This document shows, in pieces, positions 19,858 to 29,401 of a DNA stretch of 64,000 bases; the first letter of the stretch is position 1; each line of letters opens with the position of its first letter. The stretch is from the IMG/VR virus record IMGVR_UViG_2872922060_000001, positions 1 through 64,000 of that record, one strand, 5' to 3'. Source of the stretch: a virus (taxonomy: Duplodnaviria; Caudoviricetes). The position numbers and the translations under genes are program-made. A model generated the notes under the pieces. The model was not told the origin of the DNA. It made no database searches and saw nothing but the letters and a program-made list of their open reading frames with translations.

Positions 19858-20265
19858 TCAGTAATCGATACCGGGGACCGGCTCCTCAAGGACTTCCTCC
19901 TGGCTCAGGGTCTTGCACACGGCGCACTGATGGTCGAACTCCGTGGCCTCGTGGCACCGGCGGATCTGCTCGGCGGTGAACTGGTCGAAGTCGGGCATGG
20001 AGGTCTCCTCGTGTTCGGGGCAGTCGGTGCGGTGGTAGCCGGCGTCGTCGGGGCAGGTGCACTGGGGGGTGTCGGGCTGGGAGCAGTCGGGCTCGTGGGG
20101 GGCTGCGGCGCAGCAGCGGGTGCAGTCGCAGCCCGGGGTACGGGACAGGAACGGCGGCCGGCACGGGCCGGCGTGGTCCACAGGCTGCCACACGCGGGAC
20201 GGTGCGGACTGTTCGGCGGCGGCCAGGGCAGCGAGACCGGCACGGAGCGAGTCGGTGGCGTTCAT
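19858..20265 (-). CDS. Cys/His-rich hypothetical protein
   Basis: GGAAGGG RBS; part of a minus-strand string. Confidence 0.45.
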   Translation of the reverse strand: MNATDSLRAGLAALAAAEQSAPSRVWQPVDHAGPCRPPFLSRTPGCDCTRCCAAAPHEPDCSQPDTPQCTCPDDAGYHRTDCPEHEETSMPDFDQFTAEQIRRCHEATEFDHQCAVCKTLSQEEVLEEPVPGIDY

Positions 20266-20295
20266 CGGGGTTTCCCTTCCAGGAGAGCCTGCCTG

Positions 20296-20487
20296 TCACA
20301 GGCCGGGTATGGGGTCTTGGTCGACGTCGTGCCGGTCGTAGCCACCGCGGGGCTCGGGGTCGCATTCGGGACCGAGCCGGCGCATGCGGCTGATCTCGTC
20401 CTTCAGCTCCCGTCCGCAGTCACGGCACCAGACGCGGGCCCGTCGGCCGGGGTCGATGAGCAGGGCTTTCTGCTGCCGGTCGTCCAT
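20296..20487 (-). CDS. DUF6011-like zinc-binding protein
   Basis: CRDCGREL.D..S....LGPEC. Confidence 0.7.
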   Translation of the reverse strand: MDDRQQKALLIDPGRRARVWCRDCGRELKDEISRMRRLGPECDPEPRGGYDRHDVDQDPIPGL

Positions 20488-20555
20488 GGGTTCCGTGTCT
20501 TCCTGAACGGGGCTGGCGCGTTGACGAGGTCGTGGAGTACGCTGCGCGTGCGCGA

Positions 20556-20759
20556 TCATTGTGACTCAAGGCCACCACCCGGTTCGGGACGGTGGCCTTC
20601 GTCGTTTTCAGGGGTCAGAAGCGGTTGCGCTGCTTCCATGCCTGGCGCTCGCTGCGCTTGGTGCGTCGACGGGCAGTCTTTACGGTCGCGGCCGGGTGCC
20701 TGACCGCAGCAGTGGCAGTCACGGCCTCCAGGGCCGTCGGGGCACTGCCGGCCGATCAT
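20556..20759 (-). CDS. Small Cys-rich hypothetical protein
   Basis: ORF within the minus-strand string. Confidence 0.35.
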   Translation of the reverse strand: MIGRQCPDGPGGRDCHCCGQAPGRDRKDCPSTHQAQRAPGMEAAQPLLTPENDEGHRPEPGGGLESQ

Positions 20760-21003
20760 GCGGGGCTTGGCGGTTCCTTCCTGCTAGGCGGCGGGGGTGG
20801 TGGGCTGGAAGGCGGCGCAGGGGCAGACTGGGACCGCGCTCCAGGTGCCGTTCGGCTGGATGTACCGGGGCAGGTTGGCCCAGCAGCTCGTGCCGCTGTG
20901 GTGGTGGTCGGCGCCCGAGTGCCTAGCGGCCGTCGCGCATCTGATGGGCGGTGACGAATCCGCTGGTGCAGGGGGTGAACTGGGGGATGGGCATCGGGGG
21001 CTC

Positions 21004-21405
21004 CTAGGCGGCGAGGCTGGTGTCGGAACGGACGAGGGGGCGGGTGGGGAGGTAGTCGCGGCCGAGTTCGCGGGCGATGAGCTGTGCGGCGCTGCGGACC
21101 ACGATGCCGTGTCCGGCGGGGGTCGTTGCCTCCGGGCGTTCCAGGACGTAGGCGATCCGGTGGCAGGTGTAGCTGATGATCCGGTCCAGGAGGAATCGGC
21201 GGCTCTCGCCGCGGAGCCGGCACATCGCGCGGACCTCGATGTGGCCGTTCTTGGTGGTGCGGATGTCGTAAGCCTCGATGGTGCGCACGGTGGGTTCGGT
21301 CTCGCCGGGCTTGAGGTAGGTGATGGTGACGGCGTGCTGGTGGTCAATGGCGCGGTAGAGGTCGGTGAGGGTCTTGGTGAGCGGCTGGCGGTTGGTGTGC
21401 TTCAT
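21004..21405 (-). CDS. Stand-alone WYL domain protein
   Basis: 'AI...AVTITY...TVRTIEAY.I...RAMC.LRGESR.F.LDRI' WYL pattern with no HTH. Confidence 0.85.
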   Translation of the reverse strand: MKHTNRQPLTKTLTDLYRAIDHQHAVTITYLKPGETEPTVRTIEAYDIRTTKNGHIEVRAMCRLRGESRRFLLDRIISYTCHRIAYVLERPEATTPAGHGIVVRSAAQLIARELGRDYLPTRPLVRSDTSLAA

Positions 21406-21435
21406 CGGTGTCCCCCTGGTTGGTGCGGTGTGTCC

Positions 21436-21546
21436 ACCATAGCCACTTCGGCATTGCATTGCAATGCGTGAGAGCGTACTGTTGGTGTTGTTGGGGCGCC
21501 GCCCCGACCGCCCCGCCCAGGTCCGTAGGGCATGGCGCTGCAATGC
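21436..21546. promoter_or_regulatory. Divergent control region: promoter of WYL operon with two operator palindromes
   Basis: GCATTGC-ATT-GCAATGC (21451-67) and GCATGGC-GCT-GCAATGC (21530-46); minus strand TTGCAA-N17-TATGGT. Confidence 0.75.
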
Positions 21547-21564
21547 TGAATGGAGGAAACTGAG

Positions 21565-22125
21565 GTGGCTAACGCCCCCACGCGCCCGCCCACCTATCGG
21601 TCCGGGCGGCGCCCGCCGAAAGGACACCGCCGCGTGCCACGCCCCATGCGCGACCGACTGCTGACCGCCGCCCAGCGTCTCGACGAAGCCGGCTTCCCGG
21701 ACTCCGCCGCGGACGTCCGTGCCGTCGCCGCCCCTGGCGGGTGGACGATGCTCCGTGCGAAGGACACGGCGGAGAAGTCGTCGGGCACGAACCTGCCGCT
21801 GACGATCGACCGGGACCTGCGCGACGCCTTGAAGGAGAAGGCCGACGAGTTCGGTGTGACGCTCGGTTCGGTGGTCGCGGACGGGTTCCGGAAGGTGGTG
21901 GCCGGTGAGTGGCTGCCGCCGAAGCTGGCCCGTTCCTCGACCGCGAACAAGGTGGTTCTGAACGTCCGGGTGGACGACGACCTGCGGAAGCAGGTGGATG
22001 CCATCAAGGACCGGCTGACCCGGGAGGCCGGGTATCGGGTGACTCAGTCCAGTATCGCGATCGCGTGGATGGCTGAGGACCTGGGCGTCGATGTCGCGAC
22101 GGTGGACACCGAGCCTGCCGAGTAG
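21565..22125 (+). CDS. Tandem ribbon-helix-helix DNA-binding protein
   Basis: Two RHH-like units, 'NLPLTIDRDLRDALK...TLGSVV' and 'VLNVRVDDDLRKQV...TQSSIA'; GGAGG RBS. Confidence 0.65.
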   Translation: MANAPTRPPTYRSGRRPPKGHRRVPRPMRDRLLTAAQRLDEAGFPDSAADVRAVAAPGGWTMLRAKDTAEKSSGTNLPLTIDRDLRDALKEKADEFGVTLGSVVADGFRKVVAGEWLPPKLARSSTANKVVLNVRVDDDLRKQVDAIKDRLTREAGYRVTQSSIAIAWMAEDLGVDVATVDTEPAE

Positions 22126-22217
22126 CGGCTTCTGGGCGGGCCGGCCTGGACGCCGACAACCAGTCCCGGCCCGATCCCCTTTCTCTCATTCCTGAGCACA
22201 ACGTCATAGGAGACCTC

Positions 22218-23108
22218 ATGCCGCAGGGCATCGAGGCCCTCGCCAGCATCACGGCGGAGGGCCAGACCTCGCACACCCTTTTCCAGGCTGCACGGCCCGC
22301 GAACACGTTCGGGTACACGCGGGAGCAGCAGATCGAGGCGCTGCACAAGCTCCGGGAGCCCTTCGCCCCCACGGAGATCCGGCACCTGCCGCGTGTGTGG
22401 TGCGGAGCGTGCAAGAACTCCCGCGGTCAGGGTTGCCAGAAGCACCGCATGAGCAAGTGCGGGAAGTGCGGGCAGCGGATGCCGGAGGGCGGGCACATCG
22501 ACCTGGCGTACGTCGGGCATGCGGAGGCGACGAACCGGCTGCTGAACGTGGACCCGTTCTGGGACTGGGAGCCTTTGACGGTCGACGAGCGGGGCCTGCC
22601 GCAGTTGGACGGCTACCGCGGTCTGTGGATCCGGCTGACGGTATGCGGGATGACTCGGCTCGGGTACGGGCATGCCGGCGATAAGACGGGCGGTGACTCC
22701 GTCAAGGAGATCATCGGTGACGCGATCCGCAACGCCGGCATGCGGTTCGGCATGGCGCTGGACCTGTGGACCACTTCTGATCTGGAGATCATCGAGTCCG
22801 GCGGTGACTCTCTCGAGCAGGACGCCGTCGGTGAGCAGGAGGACAGGAAGCGTCAGGAGACGGCCCCGGCGCCGGCCGGTCAGGGTGTCGACCACCTCGC
22901 GCGGCTGCGGTCGCAGGTTTCTGAGTGCTGGGACAACTCGCTGGCTTTGGCGCAGATCGTCTTGGACGCGGAGAAGTGCCGGGTTGCCGACCAGGAGGTG
23001 CCGCTGAAGACGGGTGGGACCGCGACGCTCCGGGACTTGTTGAACGCCCGCATCACCGAACTCGGCCAGGCCGCGCAGGGCGGCAGCACGGAGAGGAGCG
23101 CCGCCTGA
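22218..23108 (+). CDS. Rad52/Sak-family single-strand annealing protein with Cys-rich insertion
   Basis: 'LREPF...EI', 'LAYVGH..ATNRL', 'LTVCG.TR.G.G' and 'K..IGDA.RNAGMRFG.ALDLW'. Confidence 0.8.
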   Translation: MPQGIEALASITAEGQTSHTLFQAARPANTFGYTREQQIEALHKLREPFAPTEIRHLPRVWCGACKNSRGQGCQKHRMSKCGKCGQRMPEGGHIDLAYVGHAEATNRLLNVDPFWDWEPLTVDERGLPQLDGYRGLWIRLTVCGMTRLGYGHAGDKTGGDSVKEIIGDAIRNAGMRFGMALDLWTTSDLEIIESGGDSLEQDAVGEQEDRKRQETAPAPAGQGVDHLARLRSQVSECWDNSLALAQIVLDAEKCRVADQEVPLKTGGTATLRDLLNARITELGQAAQGGSTERSAA

Positions 23109-24394
23109 TGGCCGATCCCACCGAGATCGTCGACCTGTTCCGAGGGCCTGGCGGCTGGTCGGAGGGCCTGCGCATGCTGGGGCTCGCCGACATCGGCCTG
23201 GAGTGGGACTCGGCTGCCGCCCGGACCGCCCACGCTGCCGGCCATCTGGGCATCCAGTGCGATGTGGCCCAGTACCCCACCCGGCCGTTCGCTGGCCGCA
23301 TCAAGGGCAAGATCTCGTCGCCCCCCTGCCAGCCCTGGTCCCGCGCCGGAAAGCGTGCCGGACTCGTCGACCAGGCCCTCGTGCAGCAGGCTGTTCATGA
23401 CCTCGCCCACGGCCGCGACACCCGCACCGAACTGCGGGCCGCCTGCAAGGACGACAAGTCGCTGCTCGCTGCCGAACCTATGCGCTGGATTTGCGACCTA
23501 CGCCCCGAATGGATCTGTATGGAGCAGGTCCCCGACGTGCTGCCGCTGTGGAAGCAGTACACCCTGTACCTCCAGCAGTGGGGTTACAGCACGTGGGCGG
23601 GGATTCTGAACGCCGCTGACTATGGGGTGCCGCAGACCCGCAAGCGCGCCATCCTCATCGCTTCCCGCGTCCGGTCGGTCACCGCCCCGGCGCCGACCCA
23701 CGCGAAGGCGCCCGAGCTCGACCTGTTCGGCGAGTGCCTTCAGCCGTGGGTGTCCATGGCCGAGGCGCTCGGCTGGACGGCGGGGCTCACGGTGAACACC
23801 CGCGGCGAGCGCAAGACCCCGGGGGGCAACGAATTCCCCGCCGACCAGCCGTCATGGGCGCTCACCGAGAAGACCCGCTCATGGGTGCTGCACACCAACC
23901 GTGACCAGCGTGCGGACGGCAGCAGGCAGACCGCCGACCCCTACGCCGGCCCGGCCCCGACCTTCACCGTTAAGTCCGGCGGCCAGTGGGTGCTGCGCAA
24001 CGGAAACCAGCCGAACGCGGCGATACGGACCGTTGACGAGCCGGCGCGAACCATGGCGTTCGGTAACAACTCGGCCCGCATCGAATGGGTCCAGCAGCGC
24101 CCGGCAACCACGGTCTGCGCCACCGACCGCATCTCCCCGCCCGGCCACCGCAACCGCGACGCGGGCGGCGAATCCCAGTTCGCCAGCCCCGACACCGTCC
24201 GCATCACCGTCGCCGAAGCCGCGGTCCTCCAGTCGTTCCGGCCGGACTACCCGTTCCAGGGCACGAAGACGGCGAAATTTACCCAAATTGGGAACGCCGT
24301 TCCGCCCCTTCTTGCGGCAGCAGTGGTCGGGGCGGCGACCGGCTTGGACTGGCAGGCCGCCGTTCAGGGTGAGGAGGAGCGCCGTGTCGCTTGA
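23108..24394 (+). CDS. DNA (cytosine-5) methyltransferase
   Basis: DLFxGPGG, SPPCQ, EQV, 'LNAADYGVPQTRKR', 'EAAVLQSF..DY' and 'QIGNAVPP'. Confidence 0.93.
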   Translation: MADPTEIVDLFRGPGGWSEGLRMLGLADIGLEWDSAAARTAHAAGHLGIQCDVAQYPTRPFAGRIKGKISSPPCQPWSRAGKRAGLVDQALVQQAVHDLAHGRDTRTELRAACKDDKSLLAAEPMRWICDLRPEWICMEQVPDVLPLWKQYTLYLQQWGYSTWAGILNAADYGVPQTRKRAILIASRVRSVTAPAPTHAKAPELDLFGECLQPWVSMAEALGWTAGLTVNTRGERKTPGGNEFPADQPSWALTEKTRSWVLHTNRDQRADGSRQTADPYAGPAPTFTVKSGGQWVLRNGNQPNAAIRTVDEPARTMAFGNNSARIEWVQQRPATTVCATDRISPPGHRNRDAGGESQFASPDTVRITVAEAAVLQSFRPDYPFQGTKTAKFTQIGNAVPPLLAAAVVGAATGLDWQAAVQGEEERRVA

Positions 24395-24923
24395 ATCTCG
24401 CTTCTGGGCGAAGGTCGAAAGGCGTGAGGCAGACGCCTGCTGGGAATGGAAGGGCGCGCGTAACGAGCACGGCTATGGCGTAATGCGGCCTGAGGGTCAG
24501 CGCTCCGGACCGACCGTGAAAGCCCACCGCGTATCCCTGACGCTGGCCAGCATCGATGTGGCCGGCCGCGTCGTGCTTCACTCCTGCGACAACCCGCCGT
24601 GCGTCAACCCCGCGCACCTGAGGGTTGGCACCCAGCGCGACAACGTGGCCGACATGCACGAGAAGGGCCGCGGCAACTGCGGCTCTGTCAACGGCCAAGC
24701 CAAGCTGACCGAAGCCGATGTCGAACTCATCCGCCTGTGGCTGGCCCTTGGCGTGTCCCAGAAGGAGCTGAGGATCTTCTACGGCATATCCGCCGGAACG
24801 ATGTCGAGTCTTGCGAACGGCAAGACGTGGCGGCACGTGACCGTGCCGCCGCTGCTGGCCGCGCACGTCGTGTCCGCCGCGACCGGCATCCCGCTCCAGC
24901 AACAGACCCGTCTGGCTGCCTGA
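24384..24923 (+). CDS. HNH homing endonuclease with C-terminal DNA-binding region
   Basis: 'RFWAKV...CWEW.G....GYG...AHRVS...VLHSCDNPPCVNPAHL..GT..DN..DM', followed by 'AKLTE'. Confidence 0.92.
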   Translation: MSLESRFWAKVERREADACWEWKGARNEHGYGVMRPEGQRSGPTVKAHRVSLTLASIDVAGRVVLHSCDNPPCVNPAHLRVGTQRDNVADMHEKGRGNCGSVNGQAKLTEADVELIRLWLALGVSQKELRIFYGISAGTMSSLANGKTWRHVTVPPLLAAHVVSAATGIPLQQQTRLAA

Positions 24924-25001
24924 GCGCTGGGGCCGTGAAAGCCCGGCTGTACCGCCGGTTCCTGTTGTTGTTCCTTCCCCCTTGTTGTGGAGGTGAGCGC
25001 T

Positions 25002-25289
25002 GTGGCGCGAGCCATGACGACCGCCGCGGTGCTCACCGCGGCGGTCGCCGTTTATGCCCTCGTGGTGCGCCGTGAACGGCGGCTGCGCCGGGAGGCGGTG
25101 TCGCAGCGGCTGATGGCCGGCTGTGTGCAGAGAGACAACACCGCCCTACGGGACCAGTTGGAGGGGTTCCGGCGGCGCCTGGCGGTGGAGATGGCCCAGC
25201 AGTCGGTGGTGGCTGCGGCGGTGGTGGTGTTGGACGACGCCTTGTCGGGGCGGTCGTCTCGTGATGCGTCTACGGAAGGAGGCCCGTGA
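25002..25289 (+). CDS. Membrane/coiled-coil hypothetical protein
   Basis: GGAGG RBS and N-terminal TM; coupled to the next gene. Confidence 0.55.
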   Translation: MARAMTTAAVLTAAVAVYALVVRRERRLRREAVSQRLMAGCVQRDNTALRDQLEGFRRRLAVEMAQQSVVAAAVVVLDDALSGRSSRDASTEGGP

Positions 25290-26113
25290 TGGATTCGATG
25301 GCTCTCAGGCAGGCGTGGGAGGAGCACCCCTACTTCCGGTATCGGGGGTGTGCTCCGGATGTGGATGAGCCGGGCCGGGCGGCGGGGGATTTGTCGCTGT
25401 CGTTGGATGCGTGGCATGGGGAGGACCGGGATGGTCCGGAGGAGCCGCGGGAGCGGGAGGCCCGGCAGGCTGCGGCGGTCGAGGTGTGCTTGTCGTGTCC
25501 GGTGATGGTGCAGTGCGATGCGTATGCGTCGTCGGTGGTGGTGGAGGGTGGTCAGGCGCGTCTGGCGGAGCCGGCGGGGATCTGGGGTGGCCGTACGGCG
25601 TTGGAGCGGCATCGGGTGTTCATCCGGCAGCGGCATGAGGTGGCGGTTCCGGCGCCTGTGCGGTTGATGAGGACGCGGCAGAAGTTGCGGGTGCTGGAGG
25701 CGCTGGCCCGGCATGTGGATGCGGAGGCTGTGGCGGCCGCGGCGGGGATGGACGTGCGGACCGCGAACTGGCAGCGGTCTCGGCTGGTGACGCAGCTGAG
25801 TCTGGACAAGCGGACCGCGACGCGTGCCGAGTTGCTGGAGGCGGCGGTGGAGCGGGGCTTGTTGGACGGGTCGTTGGTGGTGGCGGATGACGGCTCGGTG
25901 CCGGCGGTGCCGCCGCCTGCTGCGCCGCCCCGGGTCGCGTCTTCCCTGGGTGTCGTGGAGGGGTCTGGGGCTGTGGCTCCGGCCGTGTTGAAGGGCCGTG
26001 TCCGTCGGCCTCGCCGGGTGCAGGTGATACCCGGCCAGCTGGTTCTGTTCGGCGAGGGTCTCGCCGGTGTCGTTTCGTTCCCCGTTTCTGAGCCGTTGGA
26101 GGCTGCCGCATGA
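25286..26113 (+). CDS. WhiB-like Fe-S protein fused to HTH-like domain
   Basis: C...'VCLSCPV..QC', 'GIWGG.T..ER', followed by a LuxR-like HTH segment. Confidence 0.8.
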   Translation: MMDSMALRQAWEEHPYFRYRGCAPDVDEPGRAAGDLSLSLDAWHGEDRDGPEEPREREARQAAAVEVCLSCPVMVQCDAYASSVVVEGGQARLAEPAGIWGGRTALERHRVFIRQRHEVAVPAPVRLMRTRQKLRVLEALARHVDAEAVAAAAGMDVRTANWQRSRLVTQLSLDKRTATRAELLEAAVERGLLDGSLVVADDGSVPAVPPPAAPPRVASSLGVVEGSGAVAPAVLKGRVRRPRRVQVIPGQLVLFGEGLAGVVSFPVSEPLEAAA

Positions 26114-26544
26114 ACCGCCCCCCTGCTACTACCCCCGCTGACGGCGCCGAGGACGGGACGGTCGTCGAGGACGCAGCTGTCGAGACGATGATGGCGGATG
26201 CGGTGCTCACGGGCCGGAACATGGGTGCGGGCGCGTACATCGCCGGGATTCTGACGGGAGCGCAGGCGGCGACGGCACCGACCCCGCAGGCGTTGCTGAA
26301 GGACATGTGGCCGGGCGTGGATCCGGCGGTGGTGCAGGCGATCTATGAGCGGGGGGTGGAGGTGGGGTGGCGTGGCCATGCCTTGTATCAGGCGCCGCGT
26401 CTGTCTGGGGCTGAGTTGGCGGAGGCTCAGGAGCGGTTGCGGGCGGCGGGGTTCGAGGCGATGCGGGGGTTGGTGGCCCGGTCGCGTGAGCTGGCGGGGC
26501 GGCGGCTGCATCCGGCGGATGGGGAGGCGGCGGGCGGCCACTGA
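26110..26544 (+). CDS. Hypothetical protein
   Basis: ATGA-coupled; high GC3. Confidence 0.6.
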   Translation: MNRPPATTPADGAEDGTVVEDAAVETMMADAVLTGRNMGAGAYIAGILTGAQAATAPTPQALLKDMWPGVDPAVVQAIYERGVEVGWRGHALYQAPRLSGAELAEAQERLRAAGFEAMRGLVARSRELAGRRLHPADGEAAGGH

Positions 26545-26820
26545 CGGGTGTTGGTGGTGTGACTTGTTGTACAGACGACACGATTTGTGTGGGAGGGGAC
26601 AGGTGACGAGGTCAACCGGTAGGCTGAGCCTTGCGTCAGACGTGCAGTCAGTTGCGAGGCCGCACGGAGGTCGCTCAGAAAAGTCGGAAGCCCCCGCTGC
26701 CACCGTGGTGGCGGTCCCGGTTTGCGAAGCCGGGACGCGAGGGCTGTCGACACTCACCGCGCTAACGAATGAAGGTGCCGACGTGGCAAAGCGTACCCGG
26801 GGTACTTCCCCTCATGACAG

Positions 26821-27330
26821 GTGGCTCCGAAGTTTCTGCGGATCCGGCGTGAAGATCACACCGCCGACGCAGCCGGGCCCTGTCCCTTCTACTCCCACAG
26901 TCGCGTGACGCGCCGGGCGGCCGCCATCGAGGTGGCCGACTACCACGACGAAGTCGCGCAGTTCGAGCGCACGCGCTCTGCCGACTACCACCCCGCGAAG
27001 GCCAACGAGCCGCGCCGCGTCCTCACCCTGCGAGGCGGGGTGCTGGCCGGAGCGAACAATGGCGAGGGCCGCGGCGACTGGGCCCACCGGCCCAACGTCG
27101 CCGTCCACACCGCAGTAACCGGATCCGGCTACGCCTACGGCACGTCCGTCGCAGCGTGCAACGGATCCCTGGAGCTGGGGCACAACGCCGAACTTTCAGC
27201 TCTCGTAGTGGTCAGCACCGTGGACGACCGGCTGTTGTGTCAGCGCCCAGCATGCCGCGCCATGCGCGATCAAGCTTCTGCGCCTGTTCCGGCGCAGACC
27301 CCACCCATTGAGGGAGATCGAGTGACGTAG
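26821..27330 (+). CDS. Hypothetical protein
   Basis: ORF with H..C..CxxxxC; start uncertain. Confidence 0.45.
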   Translation: MAPKFLRIRREDHTADAAGPCPFYSHSRVTRRAAAIEVADYHDEVAQFERTRSADYHPAKANEPRRVLTLRGGVLAGANNGEGRGDWAHRPNVAVHTAVTGSGYAYGTSVAACNGSLELGHNAELSALVVVSTVDDRLLCQRPACRAMRDQASAPVPAQTPPIEGDRVT

Positions 27331-27576
27331 CGAGTAGCTGAGGCGGGAGGTCCCTGGGCCCCTTGGCGGGGGCTCATCCTCTACCGCCTGGCCGCTGGTG
27401 TTGGCGCACCGTGCGCGGCCTTCGTTCCACGGCCCGGAGTTGGCGCTCCGAGCTAAGGCCCGTCTCTTCCGGTTGGCAGCCGGCCGAGTCGAGCGAAGTG
27501 CTTCTTCCACCGAAGCGAACCACCCACCGAAGCGGGGGCCCTTTTGTGCCTCCGCGTTACCGGAAGCAGGTTCATA

Positions 27577-29058
27577 GTGCCTCAGCGCACCCCTTCTTGT
27601 CAGCTTGGCAACCCGGTAGCGCCCGAAACGCGAGGAATCTCCCCCCGCGCGGGCGACACCCAGCGCCCCCAGAACACCCCCGACACGCACACCCCCACCC
27701 CCACTTTCGAACACCCGACCGATTACAGTGACAGCCACGGTCGTGGCGGCAGCCTCCCGGTGATCGCAGCTAGCCAGCAATGGCTGCACGCCACGACCGG
27801 CCGCATCACCACCTGCCCCCACTCCTGGATGACCGCCGTCCACTGGGTCGACCAGCTCGCGACCAAAGGCCACTACACGCCCACCCAGAAGCACGGCCCG
27901 AAGTGGGGACCCACCACGGTCGCCATCGCGCAGGAGATCGCCGCGCTGAAGGAGTGCCGGCCGTCCGTCGACTACCTCGCCCGCAAGCTGAAGGTGTCCG
28001 AGCGGACCGTGAAGTACCACCTGGCGATGCTCCGCGAGACCGGGCTGCTGGTGTACCGCACCAAGGGCACCCGCCTCCGCGGCGAAGGCAACCGGGCGTC
28101 CGTCTTCGAGCGGACCATCCCCGCCGTGTTCGACGAGGACATGGGCATCCGCACGGTCGGGGAGGGTGCAACGCGCCGGCCGGTCGGCGCCGCACCGGAG
28201 TCCCGCACCTTGCTGGGCAAGCTCGCGAAGAAGGCCGCCCGGAAGGTCCGCCGCACCCGTCGCCGCGCCCCTGCTTCGCGCGGGCAGCGTTGCACCCTAA
28301 TGCAGGGGGGTACTACTGGCACTTCTACTGCGGCTGGTACTCACTCTCCCTCTGAGGCAGAGCTCGCAAGCGGGAAAGCCAAGTCCCCCACCCCGAAGTC
28401 GTCCAAGCGCGGCACCCGCACCCTGAACAAGGTCGGTCGCCGTTACCAGCTCGCCCGCCAGCTCATCGCCCAGGTGCCCTGGCTCCGCGGCGCCTCCGTC
28501 GCCCGCATCGCGTGGATCGTCCGCCACGTCGCCGACGCCGGCTGGACCGCCCTCGAAGTCCAGGCCGCCGCCGAACGCCTCGTCTGCGACAAGGAGCCGC
28601 GCCGCCCGTCCGCCGTCCTCGCGTACCGGCTCGCGTCCTGCCACCTGCTGTACACCACCCCCGAGCGGCGCCGGGTCCTGGTGGAGGACTGGCAGGACTC
28701 CCGCCGCGCCCAGCAGACCCGCCACGACGAGCACGCCTTCCAAGACCTCGGCACCGGCCCCCGCAGCGTCGCCGCCCGCCGCGCCGTGGACGAGGCGTTC
28801 GCCGCGATCCAGGCCCGCCTCGCCCCCGCCGTGGAGGAACCCGCCGACCAGGCACCGCTGATGCTCGAGGACCTCACCAAGGACGAGATCGTCGCCCTGC
28901 GCCTGGACGCCATGCGGGACCCGGCGCTGATCCTGTCCGCGCTCGAGCTGCTCGGCGAACGCGACACCCGCCGCCTGTACACCAACCGCCTCGTCGACCA
29001 GACCCTCGCCCTCGAGACCATCCACGCCCGCCGCGACACCCTCGCCCCCGCCTTCTGA
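27577..29058 (+). CDS. Putative plasmid replication initiator (wHTH protein)
   Basis: 'PSVDYLARKLKVSERTVKYHLAMLRETGLL' HTH and 'GNRASVF'; near dciA and parAB; start uncertain. Confidence 0.6.
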   Translation: MPQRTPSCQLGNPVAPETRGISPRAGDTQRPQNTPDTHTPTPTFEHPTDYSDSHGRGGSLPVIAASQQWLHATTGRITTCPHSWMTAVHWVDQLATKGHYTPTQKHGPKWGPTTVAIAQEIAALKECRPSVDYLARKLKVSERTVKYHLAMLRETGLLVYRTKGTRLRGEGNRASVFERTIPAVFDEDMGIRTVGEGATRRPVGAAPESRTLLGKLAKKAARKVRRTRRRAPASRGQRCTLMQGGTTGTSTAAGTHSPSEAELASGKAKSPTPKSSKRGTRTLNKVGRRYQLARQLIAQVPWLRGASVARIAWIVRHVADAGWTALEVQAAAERLVCDKEPRRPSAVLAYRLASCHLLYTTPERRRVLVEDWQDSRRAQQTRHDEHAFQDLGTGPRSVAARRAVDEAFAAIQARLAPAVEEPADQAPLMLEDLTKDEIVALRLDAMRDPALILSALELLGERDTRRLYTNRLVDQTLALETIHARRDTLAPAF

Positions 29059-29068
29059 GGAGACCGCG

Positions 29069-29401
29069 ATGCCCGAAACCCCCGGCCACGTCGACTTCCA
29101 GACCATGCCGCTCGCCAACGGCGGCACCTGGACCCGCCTGTCCCGCCTGACCGACGGCCGCGTCATGTGCTGCCTCTGCTTCGAGTACGTCACCCGTGAC
29201 CAGCTCAACCCCGTTGACGGTGGCGTGGAAGACGTCTGCACGACCTGCGCTCGCAAGGAAGCCGCAGTAGCGAAACTCCCAGCGAGTGTGTGCCGAGTGA
29301 CGCTGGACCCGGGCTGGGGCGGCGACATACAGGTCTGCACGCGCCCCAGAGGCCATGACGGCTACCACCGGGACGACCGCGCGATGGGAGAGCCGGCATG
29401 A
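29069..29401 (+). CDS. Cys-rich hypothetical protein
   Basis: GAGGAG RBS; CCLC...CTTC. Confidence 0.55.
   Translation: MPETPGHVDFQTMPLANGGTWTRLSRLTDGRVMCCLCFEYVTRDQLNPVDGGVEDVCTTCARKEAAVAKLPASVCRVTLDPGWGGDIQVCTRPRGHDGYHRDDRAMGEPA

Noticed and set aside
20756-21000. Possible small gene or frameshifted remnant downstream of WYL
   Set aside because: The RBS-preceded ATG gives only 23 codons and the Cys-rich tail is in another frame; cannot be supported.
27330-27560. Possible structured RNA/antisense control or iterons upstream of rep (ccaccgaagcg twice)
   Set aside because: Only two short copies and no recognisable RNA family; needs covariance analysis.
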